From Nitrososphaerota archaeon (GTDB lineage: Archaea; Thermoproteota; Nitrososphaeria; Nitrososphaerales; Nitrosopumilaceae): 35,133 bases of DNA. A program made the position numbers and the translations under genes. Every line of letters starts with the position of its first letter. Within the stretch, counting starts at the first letter, position 1. The notes under the pieces were generated by a model, which made no database searches, was not told where the DNA came from, and saw only the letters and a list, made by a program, of their open reading frames with translations. The stretch covers positions 1-35,133 of the forward strand of contig JACZUQ010000002.1 of assembly GCA_022573065.1 (NCBI GenBank), read 5' to 3'. This document shows positions 9,331 through 18,528 of the stretch, in pieces.

Positions 9331-9350
9331 CCAGTAAAAATGTAGATAGT

Positions 9351-10676
9351 ATGTTGGGCACACAAATGAGTGCAGCACGAAGAGGTGTTGCAACTGAAGA
9401 AATGAAATTAGTTGCAAAAGATGAAGATGTTAGCTTAGACTGGTTAATTCCAAAAATTGCAAATGGCTCCATAATTATTCCAAGTAATAACACACGACCT
9501 CAAAAAATCCATAATGTTGGAATAGGAAAAGGTTTGAAAACTAAAGTAAATGTAAACATTGGTACCTCAACTCTCAAAGTTGATCTTCAAGAAGAGATAG
9601 AAAAAGCTAAGATTGCTGTAAAATATCATGCTGATACCATTATGGATCTTAGTGATGGTGGAGATATAGGATCTATTCGTCGTGCATTGTTAGAATCAGC
9701 TCCTATAACTTTTGGTACGGTGCCAATCTACGAAGCCTATAATCACGGTGTTGAAAAACACAAAAACCCATTGAATATAACTGAAGACGATTTTCTGAAC
9801 GCATTTGAAAATAATGTTAAAGATGGTGTGGACTATACAACCATACATTCTGGAATCACTAAAGAGATTGCAAAGAGAATTCTAAAAGTAGAAAGATATG
9901 GCGGTGTTGTTAGTAAAGGTGGAACAATTACAGCTGCATGGATGTTAAAATATGATAAAGAAAATCCCTACATTACTCACTATGACTATCTAATTGAACT
10001 TGCGCGAAAATATGATGTTACATTTAGTCTTGGTGATGCATTAAGACCTGGTTCCATTCTTGATTCACATGATGAATTACAAGTTCAAGAAATGATTAAC
10101 ATCTCACGTTTAACAAAACGTGCACATGAAAAAGACGTTCAAGTAATGGTAGAAGGACCTGGACATGTTCCACTAAACGAAGTTGCTGCAAATGTTAGAT
10201 TAGCAAAATCGTTAATTGGAAATGTCCCATACTATGTTTTAGGACCACTTGTTACAGATGTTGCGTCAGGACATGATCATATTGCTAGTGCAATTGGAGC
10301 AGCAGTTTCTGCAAGCGAAGGAGTTGATTTGTTATGTTATTTGACACCTTCTGAACATCTTGCTTTACCAAATGTAGAAGAAGTAAAAGCTGGTCTTATA
10401 GCTTATAGAATTGCTGCACATGCAGGAGATCTTGTCAAATTAAGAGAAAAAGCCATAAAATGGGATATTAAAATGACGGAAGCCCGCCGTACTCTTGATT
10501 GGGAAAAACAACTTGCTCTGTCTATTGATCCAGAAGAAGCAGCACGCATACACAGTAGAACAGGTCAAAGACCTGGAAATAATGTACCCTGCACAATGTG
10601 TGGCGGTGCTTGTGTATATGTGATGTTGCCCCAACAAAGAAAATATGAAAAAGAAAAACTACAACAAATTGGATAA
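9351..10676 (+). CDS. thiC: Phosphomethylpyrimidine synthase ThiC (radical SAM)
   Basis: TQMSAARRGVATEEM, DLSDGG, VEGPGH and a C-terminal CTMCGGACVY cluster motif are all present. ATG 9351 is preferred to the track's TTG 9321 because a TATA-like tttaaat sits at 9324-9330. Confidence 0.9.
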   Translation: MLGTQMSAARRGVATEEMKLVAKDEDVSLDWLIPKIANGSIIIPSNNTRPQKIHNVGIGKGLKTKVNVNIGTSTLKVDLQEEIEKAKIAVKYHADTIMDLSDGGDIGSIRRALLESAPITFGTVPIYEAYNHGVEKHKNPLNITEDDFLNAFENNVKDGVDYTTIHSGITKEIAKRILKVERYGGVVSKGGTITAAWMLKYDKENPYITHYDYLIELARKYDVTFSLGDALRPGSILDSHDELQVQEMINISRLTKRAHEKDVQVMVEGPGHVPLNEVAANVRLAKSLIGNVPYYVLGPLVTDVASGHDHIASAIGAAVSASEGVDLLCYLTPSEHLALPNVEEVKAGLIAYRIAAHAGDLVKLREKAIKWDIKMTEARRTLDWEKQLALSIDPEEAARIHSRTGQRPGNNVPCTMCGGACVYVMLPQQRKYEKEKLQQIG

Positions 10677-11066
10677 AACCTTTTCTAAACTTGGGACTGT
10701 TTCATAATTTGAAATTTCTTCTGCCCTTACCCATTTGTAATCCGAATTTTCCCAATTTAGTTTAATTTTTGGATTTTCTACTGAAAATAAAAAAGGATAA
10801 ACTTCCCATTCATGGTTCTCATATTGTGGAGATATAATTCTCATCTTTGCGGATTCCTTTAGTAGTTTAATCTGACTAGCATCTATCCCAAGTTCTTCAA
10901 ATACCTCAATTTTTGTTCGTTCTAGAGGCGATTCATTATTTTCAATAATCCCACTTATTCCAGCCCACAAACTTTTCATACTTTTTACTTTATCACTTCG
11001 TTTTAAAATTAAGATTTTGTCCCCACTTTTAAGAAAACATGTAACAATTTTTGTTGCGCGTGTCAT
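10659..11066 (-). CDS. Nudix hydrolase
   Basis: Nudix box GISGIIENNESPLERTKIEVFEELGI (Gx5Ex7REUxEExGU-like). The start overlaps the tyrA stop by 4 nt. Confidence 0.7.
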   Translation of the reverse strand: MTRATKIVTCFLKSGDKILILKRSDKVKSMKSLWAGISGIIENNESPLERTKIEVFEELGIDASQIKLLKESAKMRIISPQYENHEWEVYPFLFSVENPKIKLNWENSDYKWVRAEEISNYETVPSLEKVLSNLL

Positions 11067-11923
11067 GCTTTCTTTTCAATAGAATTTACCATTGTTGTCA
11101 ATTTTTTATACGAGTTTTCAAGGTTTGAATTTTTCGCTAACTTATCTCGACTTGTTTTAATGTATGTCAAAATTTCTTCGGATTTTCCTTCCTGAATTGA
11201 TGTAAGTAGTCTTCCAATATCCTTCCAAAATTCTTCTGCGACTCTTCGAATTTCTGGATTAGAGATAATCGTTTCAATTAATTCAGGTGATTCAGTCATA
11301 ATGCTTTCAGTTAGGATTTTTTGTACTTTGAAGGTTGTACCTGACATTTTTTCAGTAAGTGAAATTTTGTCATCTTTAGCAAGAATGTTTGCGAATGTTA
11401 TGTTGATTAGATGTGTTAATCCAAGAATAACAGCTATTTTTTTGTCATGTTCAAAAGCATCAATAGTTACAAAATTTGCACCAACAAAAAGTGATTTAGC
11501 AACTGTCAATTCTTTTTTTGCATCCTTAATTGGTATTGAAATAATATGTTGACCCTTTATCTTTTTTATTCCTGGACCAAACATTGGATGAATACAAATT
11601 GGGTTGATTTTTGATGGCATTTTAGCAAGTGAAACAGATGTCTTAGATTTCTGTGAAGAAATTTCAATAAGGTATGAACCTCTTTTCATTTCTTTGGCAA
11701 TTAGACGAATAATTTCTGGGGTTCTCCTAGTAGGTGTACATAAAATTACATATTCTGCTTTAAGTACAGCTCCTACAAGAGAATTAGCTTTGATAACTGA
11801 TTTTATGTTGAATTCTTCTTCAATATCATAACCTATTACCTCAAAACCATTTTCTAGGAAATACTTTGCAAACCATCTTCCCATCTTCCCCCCTATCCCA
11901 AGGATCGAAATTGTTTTATTCAT
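11063..11923 (-). CDS. tyrA: Prephenate/arogenate dehydrogenase
   Basis: N-terminal Rossmann ISILGIGGKMGRWFA and the PDH-type HPMFGP motif. It lies within the aro cluster. Confidence 0.75.
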   Translation of the reverse strand: MNKTISILGIGGKMGRWFAKYFLENGFEVIGYDIEEEFNIKSVIKANSLVGAVLKAEYVILCTPTRRTPEIIRLIAKEMKRGSYLIEISSQKSKTSVSLAKMPSKINPICIHPMFGPGIKKIKGQHIISIPIKDAKKELTVAKSLFVGANFVTIDAFEHDKKIAVILGLTHLINITFANILAKDDKISLTEKMSGTTFKVQKILTESIMTESPELIETIISNPEIRRVAEEFWKDIGRLLTSIQEGKSEEILTYIKTSRDKLAKNSNLENSYKKLTTMVNSIEKKA

Positions 11924-13290
11924 TTTCTTCCTTTGAGAACATTATCAAGTATGTTCATTCCTTCAACTAATTTTTTTTCATCTTGGCATGCAGAAAGTCT
12001 GATAAAGTTTTTGAAATCACCAAATCCTCCTCCAGGAGCTACGGCCAGCCCATGATCAAGTAATTTATTTGAAAAATCATTTGCATCAAAACCATCTTTT
12101 TTTACTTTTGCAAATAAATACATAGCACCATCAGGTTTTACAAAATCAAGTCCAATTTCCTTTGCTTTTTTAATCATAATGTCTAATCTAGCTTTAACGA
12201 TATTAGAATTATTGGATGTATCAGCCTCAAGAGCCCTCATAGCCACATATTGGATGGGCTCAGAGACATTTGTTAGGCATATTGCTTGAAGTTTTGCCAT
12301 TTTTTCAATTATTTCCGGAGTAGAAATGGCGTAACCAATCCTAAATCCTGTCATCGAATGCGATTTGGAAAATGATTGAGTTATAATGGCCTTTTTGTAA
12401 TTATATGATAAGACGCTTTTCCAATCCTCATAAGAATATTGGGCATAAATCTCATCACTAAGTACGTAGAGTTCATGTTTGATTGCAAGGTCCAATATTT
12501 CATTTTGAATTTTTTCTTGTAGAATTTTTCCAGTTGGATTATTTGGATAATTTAAGACAATCATCTTTGTGTTGGAGTTAATTGTTTCTTTAATCTCATT
12601 AATTGATGGCTCCCAATTATTTTCAAGAGTTGTTTTAATTGTTCTTGTTTTAACTCCAGCATTTTCAGCACAGTCTTTGTATGCTGGCCATGCAGGTTCA
12701 AACACAATTATCTCATCACCTGGATTAAGAAGTGTTGTAATAGCTAAGTAGACTGCGTATCTTGCTCCAGGACATACAATGATGTTTTCTTGTTTTATTT
12801 CAAGATCATATTTTTTGCTAGTCTTTTTAGCAAGTGTAGTAAGAAACCGTGGCATTCCCTTGACTTGACCGTATTTTATAAATCCTTTATCGTATACTTC
12901 TTCTAAAGCATCTTTAACAATTTCTGGGGGAAGAAAATCGGGTTCACCTACTTCCATATGAATAATTTTTTTACCTTGTTGTTCTAAGGATTTTGCTTTT
13001 AAAAAAATTGAAAGATGAGTTTGTTTACTTGTGGTTTGTACCTTAATTGATTCATTTAACAAAAAATTAAGAAATCTAGTACCTATTGCTTCATCAATTC
13101 CAATTTCTGAACATAAGGTGACAACTTTTGATCTTAGACTATCTTCTCTTTTTTCATCTGTTACATTCATTCCTAGATCTTTTTTTATAGTTCCAATTTC
13201 TTTTGCAATGACCGTTCTTTTTTTAAGTAATTTGATCATTTCAAGAGTAATCTCATCTATTTTGTCTCGAAGATTATCTATTTCAGACAT
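11920..13290 (-). CDS. Chorismate mutase (AroQ) fused to a class I aminotransferase
   Basis: Residues 1-85 (LRDKIDEITLEMIKLLKKRTVIAKEIGTIKK...TDEKRE...) form a CM_2 pattern. The remainder has NYPNNPTGK, SDEIYAQY and the PLP-lysine motif SFSKSHSMTGFRIGY. Confidence 0.8.
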   Translation of the reverse strand: MSEIDNLRDKIDEITLEMIKLLKKRTVIAKEIGTIKKDLGMNVTDEKREDSLRSKVVTLCSEIGIDEAIGTRFLNFLLNESIKVQTTSKQTHLSIFLKAKSLEQQGKKIIHMEVGEPDFLPPEIVKDALEEVYDKGFIKYGQVKGMPRFLTTLAKKTSKKYDLEIKQENIIVCPGARYAVYLAITTLLNPGDEIIVFEPAWPAYKDCAENAGVKTRTIKTTLENNWEPSINEIKETINSNTKMIVLNYPNNPTGKILQEKIQNEILDLAIKHELYVLSDEIYAQYSYEDWKSVLSYNYKKAIITQSFSKSHSMTGFRIGYAISTPEIIEKMAKLQAICLTNVSEPIQYVAMRALEADTSNNSNIVKARLDIMIKKAKEIGLDFVKPDGAMYLFAKVKKDGFDANDFSNKLLDHGLAVAPGGGFGDFKNFIRLSACQDEKKLVEGMNILDNVLKGRK

Positions 13291-13294
13291 GGTA

Positions 13295-14389
13295 TTATAG
13301 AACTGGTTTTATGAAACCACCAATCAATGCATGATCAGCTAATGTTAATGATACAAAAGCATCCACTACTGGTGGTGCCCTTGGTACAACACAAGGATCA
13401 TGCCTTCCCTCAATTTTCAAAGTAGTTAGTTTGTTTGTTTTAATGTCTACAGTACTTTGTGTTTTTGAGATTGATGATGCTGGTTTAAAGGCCACTCTTA
13501 GAACTATTGGCATGCCATTAGATAATCCTCCTAAAATCCCTCCTGCGTTATTGGTTTTTGTAATAATTTTTCCTTTCTTGATAGTGTAGAGATCATTATT
13601 TTTTGAACCAACTGATTCTGAACCTGCAAACCCTGAACCAAACTCTACTCCTTTGACTGCTGGAATTGAATAGAGAGCTTTGGCAAGATCTGATTCTAGC
13701 GAACTAAAAATTGGATCACCTAGACCTACTGGTAAATTTGTAGTAATTGATTCTATTATTCCTCCAAGAGAATCTCCCTTTTTTCTTGCATCAAGAATTG
13801 CTTTTTTCATCAATCTTGCAGATTTCTCTTCAGGACATCTGACTTCATTTGAATAAATCGATTTAATCATTTTTGGAATGAATTGATTTTTCATTTTAAT
13901 TTTCCCAATTTGGTAAGTGTAAGCATTTGTATCAATACCCAAAGTAACCTTTAGTAATTTTCTAGCAATTGCTCCTCCAAGAACATGCGTAGCAGTTAGT
14001 CTGCCTGAGAATCTTCCACCTCCGCGATAATCATTGAATTTTTTGTATTTCACTAGCGCAGGGTAATCTGAATGTCCAGGTCTCATCTTTGTTGTAAAAT
14101 TTTTGTAAACTCGTGAATCATGATCCTTATTCCAAATTATCATTGTAATGGGAGCACCCGTTGTGTATCCCCTAAACACTCCAGAGATAATCTCCACCTT
14201 ATCGAGTTCCTTTCTTTGCGTAGAAACCAATGATTGTCCAGGCCTTCTATAGTCAAGCATTTTTTGAATATCTTTTTCTTCAAGCTCTAATCCAGCTGGA
14301 CATCCATCTAAAACACCACCCACACATTTTCCATGACTTTCTCCAAAACTTGTGAGTACTAATCTATGACCGATAGAACTTCCAGACAA
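13295..14389 (-). CDS. aroC: Chorismate synthase
   Basis: SFGESHGKCVGGVLDGCPAGL, RPGHSDY and GRHDPCVVPRA signatures. Confidence 0.9.
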   Translation of the reverse strand: MSGSSIGHRLVLTSFGESHGKCVGGVLDGCPAGLELEEKDIQKMLDYRRPGQSLVSTQRKELDKVEIISGVFRGYTTGAPITMIIWNKDHDSRVYKNFTTKMRPGHSDYPALVKYKKFNDYRGGGRFSGRLTATHVLGGAIARKLLKVTLGIDTNAYTYQIGKIKMKNQFIPKMIKSIYSNEVRCPEEKSARLMKKAILDARKKGDSLGGIIESITTNLPVGLGDPIFSSLESDLAKALYSIPAVKGVEFGSGFAGSESVGSKNNDLYTIKKGKIITKTNNAGGILGGLSNGMPIVLRVAFKPASSISKTQSTVDIKTNKLTTLKIEGRHDPCVVPRAPPVVDAFVSLTLADHALIGGFIKPVL

Positions 14390-14422
14390 TAATTGAGATT
14401 AACTAATTGATGCTTATAATTC

Positions 14423-15694
14423 TTATAGATTAGATATTATTTTTCCACCCACGTTATTCATATCCGAAATGAAATTAGGATAAGATACAGAAATTGATTT
14501 AGGATTTGTAACTGTACAATCACCAACAAACATACCGGCAATACAAAATGCCATAAACAATCTATGATCATTTTCAGAATTCAATTTCGCTCCATGTAGT
14601 TTTTCTGGAGATTCTAAAATCATACCATCTTCTTTTTCTTTAACTTTTATTCCCAACTTTTGCAGCTCTCGTGAAAGAATCGCAATCCTATCTGTTTCTT
14701 TGTATCTTGCATGTTTCACGTTGAAAAGCTCAATTGGTTTTGATGTTTTAAGTGCTAATATTGCAAGTGGTGGCAGAAGGTCTGGGGTATTTTTTAAATC
14801 AAATTTACCGCCTTTCAGCTGTTCAGGAGATCTTACATTGACGGTTTCTTTATTTATGACTACATCTACTCCCAAAATTTTTAAAATATCTATTATCTTT
14901 TCATCTCCTTGGGGTAGATCTCCCTTAGTAATTTCAAATGTTAAATCATCTCCAAGTAATACCGCAGACGAAAGTAGCAAGGCAAGACTTGAAAAATCAG
15001 CAGGAACTGTTATTGTAGCTGGTTTATACTTTTGTGGAGTAATCTGGTATTTTTTGTATGAAGTAATGGTATCAACTTTTGCACCAAATTTTTCCATTAC
15101 ATTAATTGTTGCGTCAAGATAAGGTTTTGATACCAAATCTCCTTCGATGTTCAATACTAGACCTTTTTGCATCCTTGGAGCAATTATCATAAGTGCAGTA
15201 ACAAATTGGCTTGAAATGTTTCCTGGTATGTTTACTTCCCCCCCTTCTATAACCCCAGAAACTGAAATTGGAGGTTTTCCGTCAGTTGAGGAACATTTTG
15301 CACCTAGAGATTCTAACGCATCAAGTAATGGTTGCATTGGTCTTTGTATTAGACTATCATCACCTGTAAGGACCGTTTTTCCTTCTGAAAGTGAAGCCAT
15401 TGCTGTTGCAATTCTTATCGTTGTACCAGAATTTTGCGCATCAATTTTGGCACTAAAGTTCTTAAACTCTTTAATTCCTTTGATTTCTAAGTCATTTCCA
15501 TTTTCTTTAATTTGTGCCCCAAAGATTTTACATGCTTCAATGGTTGCACAAGTGTCACTTGATTGAAGAACATTTTTTATTTTACTTGTTTCGTCAATTA
15601 ATGATGCTATCATAATCGCCCTGTGAGTATAGCTCTTATTTGATGGACAAAATATTTTTCCAGAAAGTTTGGATTTTTCTATTTTACAACTCAT
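14423..15694 (-). CDS. aroA: 3-phosphoshikimate 1-carboxyvinyltransferase (EPSP synthase)
   Basis: PSNKSYTHRA, NSGTTIR, LIQRPMQPL and KETDRI motifs. 423 aa. Confidence 0.9.
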   Translation of the reverse strand: MSCKIEKSKLSGKIFCPSNKSYTHRAIMIASLIDETSKIKNVLQSSDTCATIEACKIFGAQIKENGNDLEIKGIKEFKNFSAKIDAQNSGTTIRIATAMASLSEGKTVLTGDDSLIQRPMQPLLDALESLGAKCSSTDGKPPISVSGVIEGGEVNIPGNISSQFVTALMIIAPRMQKGLVLNIEGDLVSKPYLDATINVMEKFGAKVDTITSYKKYQITPQKYKPATITVPADFSSLALLLSSAVLLGDDLTFEITKGDLPQGDEKIIDILKILGVDVVINKETVNVRSPEQLKGGKFDLKNTPDLLPPLAILALKTSKPIELFNVKHARYKETDRIAILSRELQKLGIKVKEKEDGMILESPEKLHGAKLNSENDHRLFMAFCIAGMFVGDCTVTNPKSISVSYPNFISDMNNVGGKIISNL

Positions 15695-16538
15695 TAACTT
15701 CAGCCTTTTTATTATTAATTTTAGAAACTATTGTTGTTCCGACAAGATTTGAAAAAACCTTCTTTATATTTACTGAATCTTCTTTTTTACATATAGCTGC
15801 TACTGCTGGACCGTTTCCTGAAACTGAAGCCCCAAGTGCCCCTTTTTCAACTAAATCTGTTATTAGTTTTGGGTCAGAATTGAGAATAGTAGAGGTCGCA
15901 ATTCCATTTAGTATCATGGCATTCCAATAATTTGAATTACGAGCAAGGTTCCAAGCTTGCTCAAAAATTGCACTAAGATTCTTTAGATTTTTTACATTAC
16001 CTCGTTTTCTTGATTTTGGAATAAAAATTATAGAAATTAAATTACTAGGACCTTTCTCAGATTTGATAATTTTTCTTTTATAGTTATCAGTGACTGTGTA
16101 TCCTCCATAATAACATCCACAAGCATCGTCATAAGCTCCTGTGATACTAACTCTACTTTCTATTGATGCATCTACTCCTGCAAGTAGAATTTGGTTATCA
16201 GACCACTTTGGCCTAAATATTTTTGCACATGCTAAAGCAACTGCAGATGAAATTGCACTTGAACTCTTTAATCCATATCCAGTAGGAATTTCTGATTCTA
16301 ATGAAATTCTTATCTTCGTTTTCTCAAGTTCATTTTTTGGAATAACCTTCTGAATAACTTTGTTAATTAGACGTGAACTAATTGTTTTATTTCTTGATTC
16401 AATAAAAATCCCATTCCCAGGTGAAGTCTTAATCAATGCCTTAGTTTTTAATGATATGCCAATTGTTGCACCCTTTCCTGTTGCAATAGCACTTACTATA
16501 GAAATTGCTCCATGTAATGTAGCTTCAACCACTGTCAT
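15684..16538 (-). CDS. aroK: Shikimate kinase, archaeal GHMP-kinase type
   Basis: GHMP motif IPTGYGLKSSSAISSA. It sits between aroE and aroA, with an 11-nt overlap with aroA and a 1-nt TGATG overlap with aroE. Confidence 0.8.
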   Translation of the reverse strand: MTVVEATLHGAISIVSAIATGKGATIGISLKTKALIKTSPGNGIFIESRNKTISSRLINKVIQKVIPKNELEKTKIRISLESEIPTGYGLKSSSAISSAVALACAKIFRPKWSDNQILLAGVDASIESRVSITGAYDDACGCYYGGYTVTDNYKRKIIKSEKGPSNLISIIFIPKSRKRGNVKNLKNLSAIFEQAWNLARNSNYWNAMILNGIATSTILNSDPKLITDLVEKGALGASVSGNGPAVAAICKKEDSVNIKKVFSNLVGTTIVSKINNKKAEVNEL

Positions 16539-17359
16539 CAGAACCCTCCTAAGATTGATTTTTTCATGGAATCATAAGGGGCTTCCATTTCATGCCATAT
16601 TTTAAAGGCTATAACTGCCTGACCCAAAAGCATTTCATATCCATAAACGATTGTAGCTCCATTTTCTTTGGATTTTTTAATTAAATCTGTATTAATTGGC
16701 TTATACACAATGTCATAAACAATAGTTTTTTTATTGATAGTTGTTGTTGAGATTGGACTTGATTCATTTTTTAATCCAATAGACGTTGCATTTACAATAA
16801 AATTATATTCTGAAGCAGATTCTCCCACTTGATCTAATGTTATTGCATTAGCTTCAATTCCAATTTTATGCGCAAATTGGGCAAGTACATTTGCATTTTG
16901 TAATGTTCTGTTTGCAATTGTTATTTTTTTGGCTTTTTCTTTAGCAAATCCTGCAGTAATTGCTCTGGCAGCTCCTCCTGCCCCAATTAGCAATACGTTT
17001 GAATCTTTCACGCTTAGATTTCGCCTTTTTAGCGGATCTAAAAATCCATCCATATCTGTATTATAACCACTTAGTTTTCCATCAAAATTTGAAACCGTGT
17101 TTGTTGCCCCGATTAAACTGCACTCTTCACTAACATTATCAAGAAATTTGATCATCTCTACTTTGTGAGGAATAGTTACATTAAATCCACTAATCTTTAT
17201 TTTTTTTAATGATTCAATTCCAGCTGCTAATTCACCTTTTGGAATTCTGTATCCAATGTATGTACAATCAAGACCAAGTTCTCTAAATGCTGCATTGTGA
17301 ATGTTTGGAGATAAAGTATGATCTATCGGATCTCCTATCACAGCATATGTTTTAATCAT
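16538..17359 (-). CDS. aroE: Shikimate 5-dehydrogenase
   Basis: VIGDPIDHTLSPNIHN, NVTIPHK, NTD and GAGGAARA motifs. Confidence 0.9.
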   Translation of the reverse strand: MIKTYAVIGDPIDHTLSPNIHNAAFRELGLDCTYIGYRIPKGELAAGIESLKKIKISGFNVTIPHKVEMIKFLDNVSEECSLIGATNTVSNFDGKLSGYNTDMDGFLDPLKRRNLSVKDSNVLLIGAGGAARAITAGFAKEKAKKITIANRTLQNANVLAQFAHKIGIEANAITLDQVGESASEYNFIVNATSIGLKNESSPISTTTINKKTIVYDIVYKPINTDLIKKSKENGATIVYGYEMLLGQAVIAFKIWHEMEAPYDSMKKSILGGF

Positions 17360-17462
17360 CTAGTTTTTTCAATTTAATGAATGATATAAGCCTAAAAAAC
17401 AGTGTATTTGATTATTGATATCATTTAAGCAAAGTTCGTATAGTCAATTTTTTCTGGAAATT

Positions 17463-17669
17463 CTATAGTTGATTGATTTTTAGTTTAATTTGTGAAGATT
17501 TACGCACATAAATTATACCTGTATAAATTCCTACAAATCCAGCTAAAAATAATATTGACATAAATTGTTTTTCGCCCTTTGTTGGAGGCTCTGAAAATGC
17601 AAATGCTTCCTGGCCTGCAACAAATCCAGAAATTACAACTAATGCGAGTAATACTCCAATCTTTTTCAA
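17463..17669 (-). CDS. Small secreted or membrane-anchored hypothetical protein (68 aa)
   Basis: Signal-peptide-like MKKIGVLLALVVISGFVAGQEAFA, then a short linker, a second hydrophobic helix and a basic tail. It is the only plausible ORF in the 498-bp gap that splits the aro cluster. Confidence 0.35.
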   Translation of the reverse strand: MKKIGVLLALVVISGFVAGQEAFAFSEPPTKGEKQFMSILFLAGFVGIYTGIIYVRKSSQIKLKINQL

Positions 17670-17857
17670 ATTCTTCTCTAATTTTATTATCCATTTTTCG
17701 TTTAAAGCAATTAGTTTGTTTTATCATACAAACAACGAACAAATCGTATTTTTGTTTAAGAACTTACTAAAATCGTCCTATTTCTTTCAGAATGGAATGC
17801 TAATTGATTTAGTAGATTTTACCTATCAATTAAAACCCAAACTTCAGATTTGATTTG

Positions 17858-18526
17858 CTATGTTTTTTTTAGAAGTTTCTTTACTTGTTCTAAACTGAAT
17901 TGTCCTGGCGCAACTGGTTTTCCAAGTGAGACATAAGTAAATGGAGAACCTAAGTAAAGACAAAGGATTCTGGACATTCTTCCATTATCTCCCATTGCAA
18001 ATGCAATTAGATTTGATTTTGGAGAATTGTTGTAAAGTGAAAGTACGTTAGAGGAATCATTAATCGTTTTTGCACTTGTTACAATTTTGATAAATTTTGA
18101 AAATTTGAGCATTTGTCTGCTCATTTTTCTTAAAGAAGATACACTAGGAGTTTTTTTAAAATCATGCCAAGAAACCAAAATCTCAGTTTTAGTTTTTTTT
18201 ACATAATTATGAAGATTTTTATTTTTTCTTAATGTATTAAACTCAATATCCAAAAGAAATGGACGATACTCTGCAATTAATTTTAAAATAGAAATCCTTT
18301 CTTTTTCAGTTCCTTGAAATTTTCCTCCTTCTGAAGATGGTCTTAACGTGCATACACATTTTCCTAATTTTTTTTTGACTAATTCAAGTGCTTCTGGAAT
18401 TTCTATGGGTTTTAAAAAATCAAATCTTAATTCGGCATAATCTGATTTTTTTAGGGCTTTTTTTAAAATTAAATCAAATTTTTTTGGAGTTTTTTCTGCT
18501 ATTGTAACACACGTTTTGAAAGCCAT
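17858..18526 (-). CDS. aroD: 3-dehydroquinate dehydratase, type I
   Basis: 222 aa with a TIM-barrel-like pattern (AELRFDFL, SWHDF). It starts 2 nt downstream of aroB' and is in aro context. Confidence 0.75.
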   Translation of the reverse strand: MAFKTCVTIAEKTPKKFDLILKKALKKSDYAELRFDFLKPIEIPEALELVKKKLGKCVCTLRPSSEGGKFQGTEKERISILKLIAEYRPFLLDIEFNTLRKNKNLHNYVKKTKTEILVSWHDFKKTPSVSSLRKMSRQMLKFSKFIKIVTSAKTINDSSNVLSLYNNSPKSNLIAFAMGDNGRMSRILCLYLGSPFTYVSLGKPVAPGQFSLEQVKKLLKKT

Positions 18527-18528
18527 GT

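Noticed and set aside
9301-9350. A possible TPP riboswitch upstream of thiC.
   Set aside because: Only 50 bp of AT-rich DNA is available. I see none of the conserved CUGAGA / ACCUGA-type TPP aptamer elements, and the space is too small for an aptamer.
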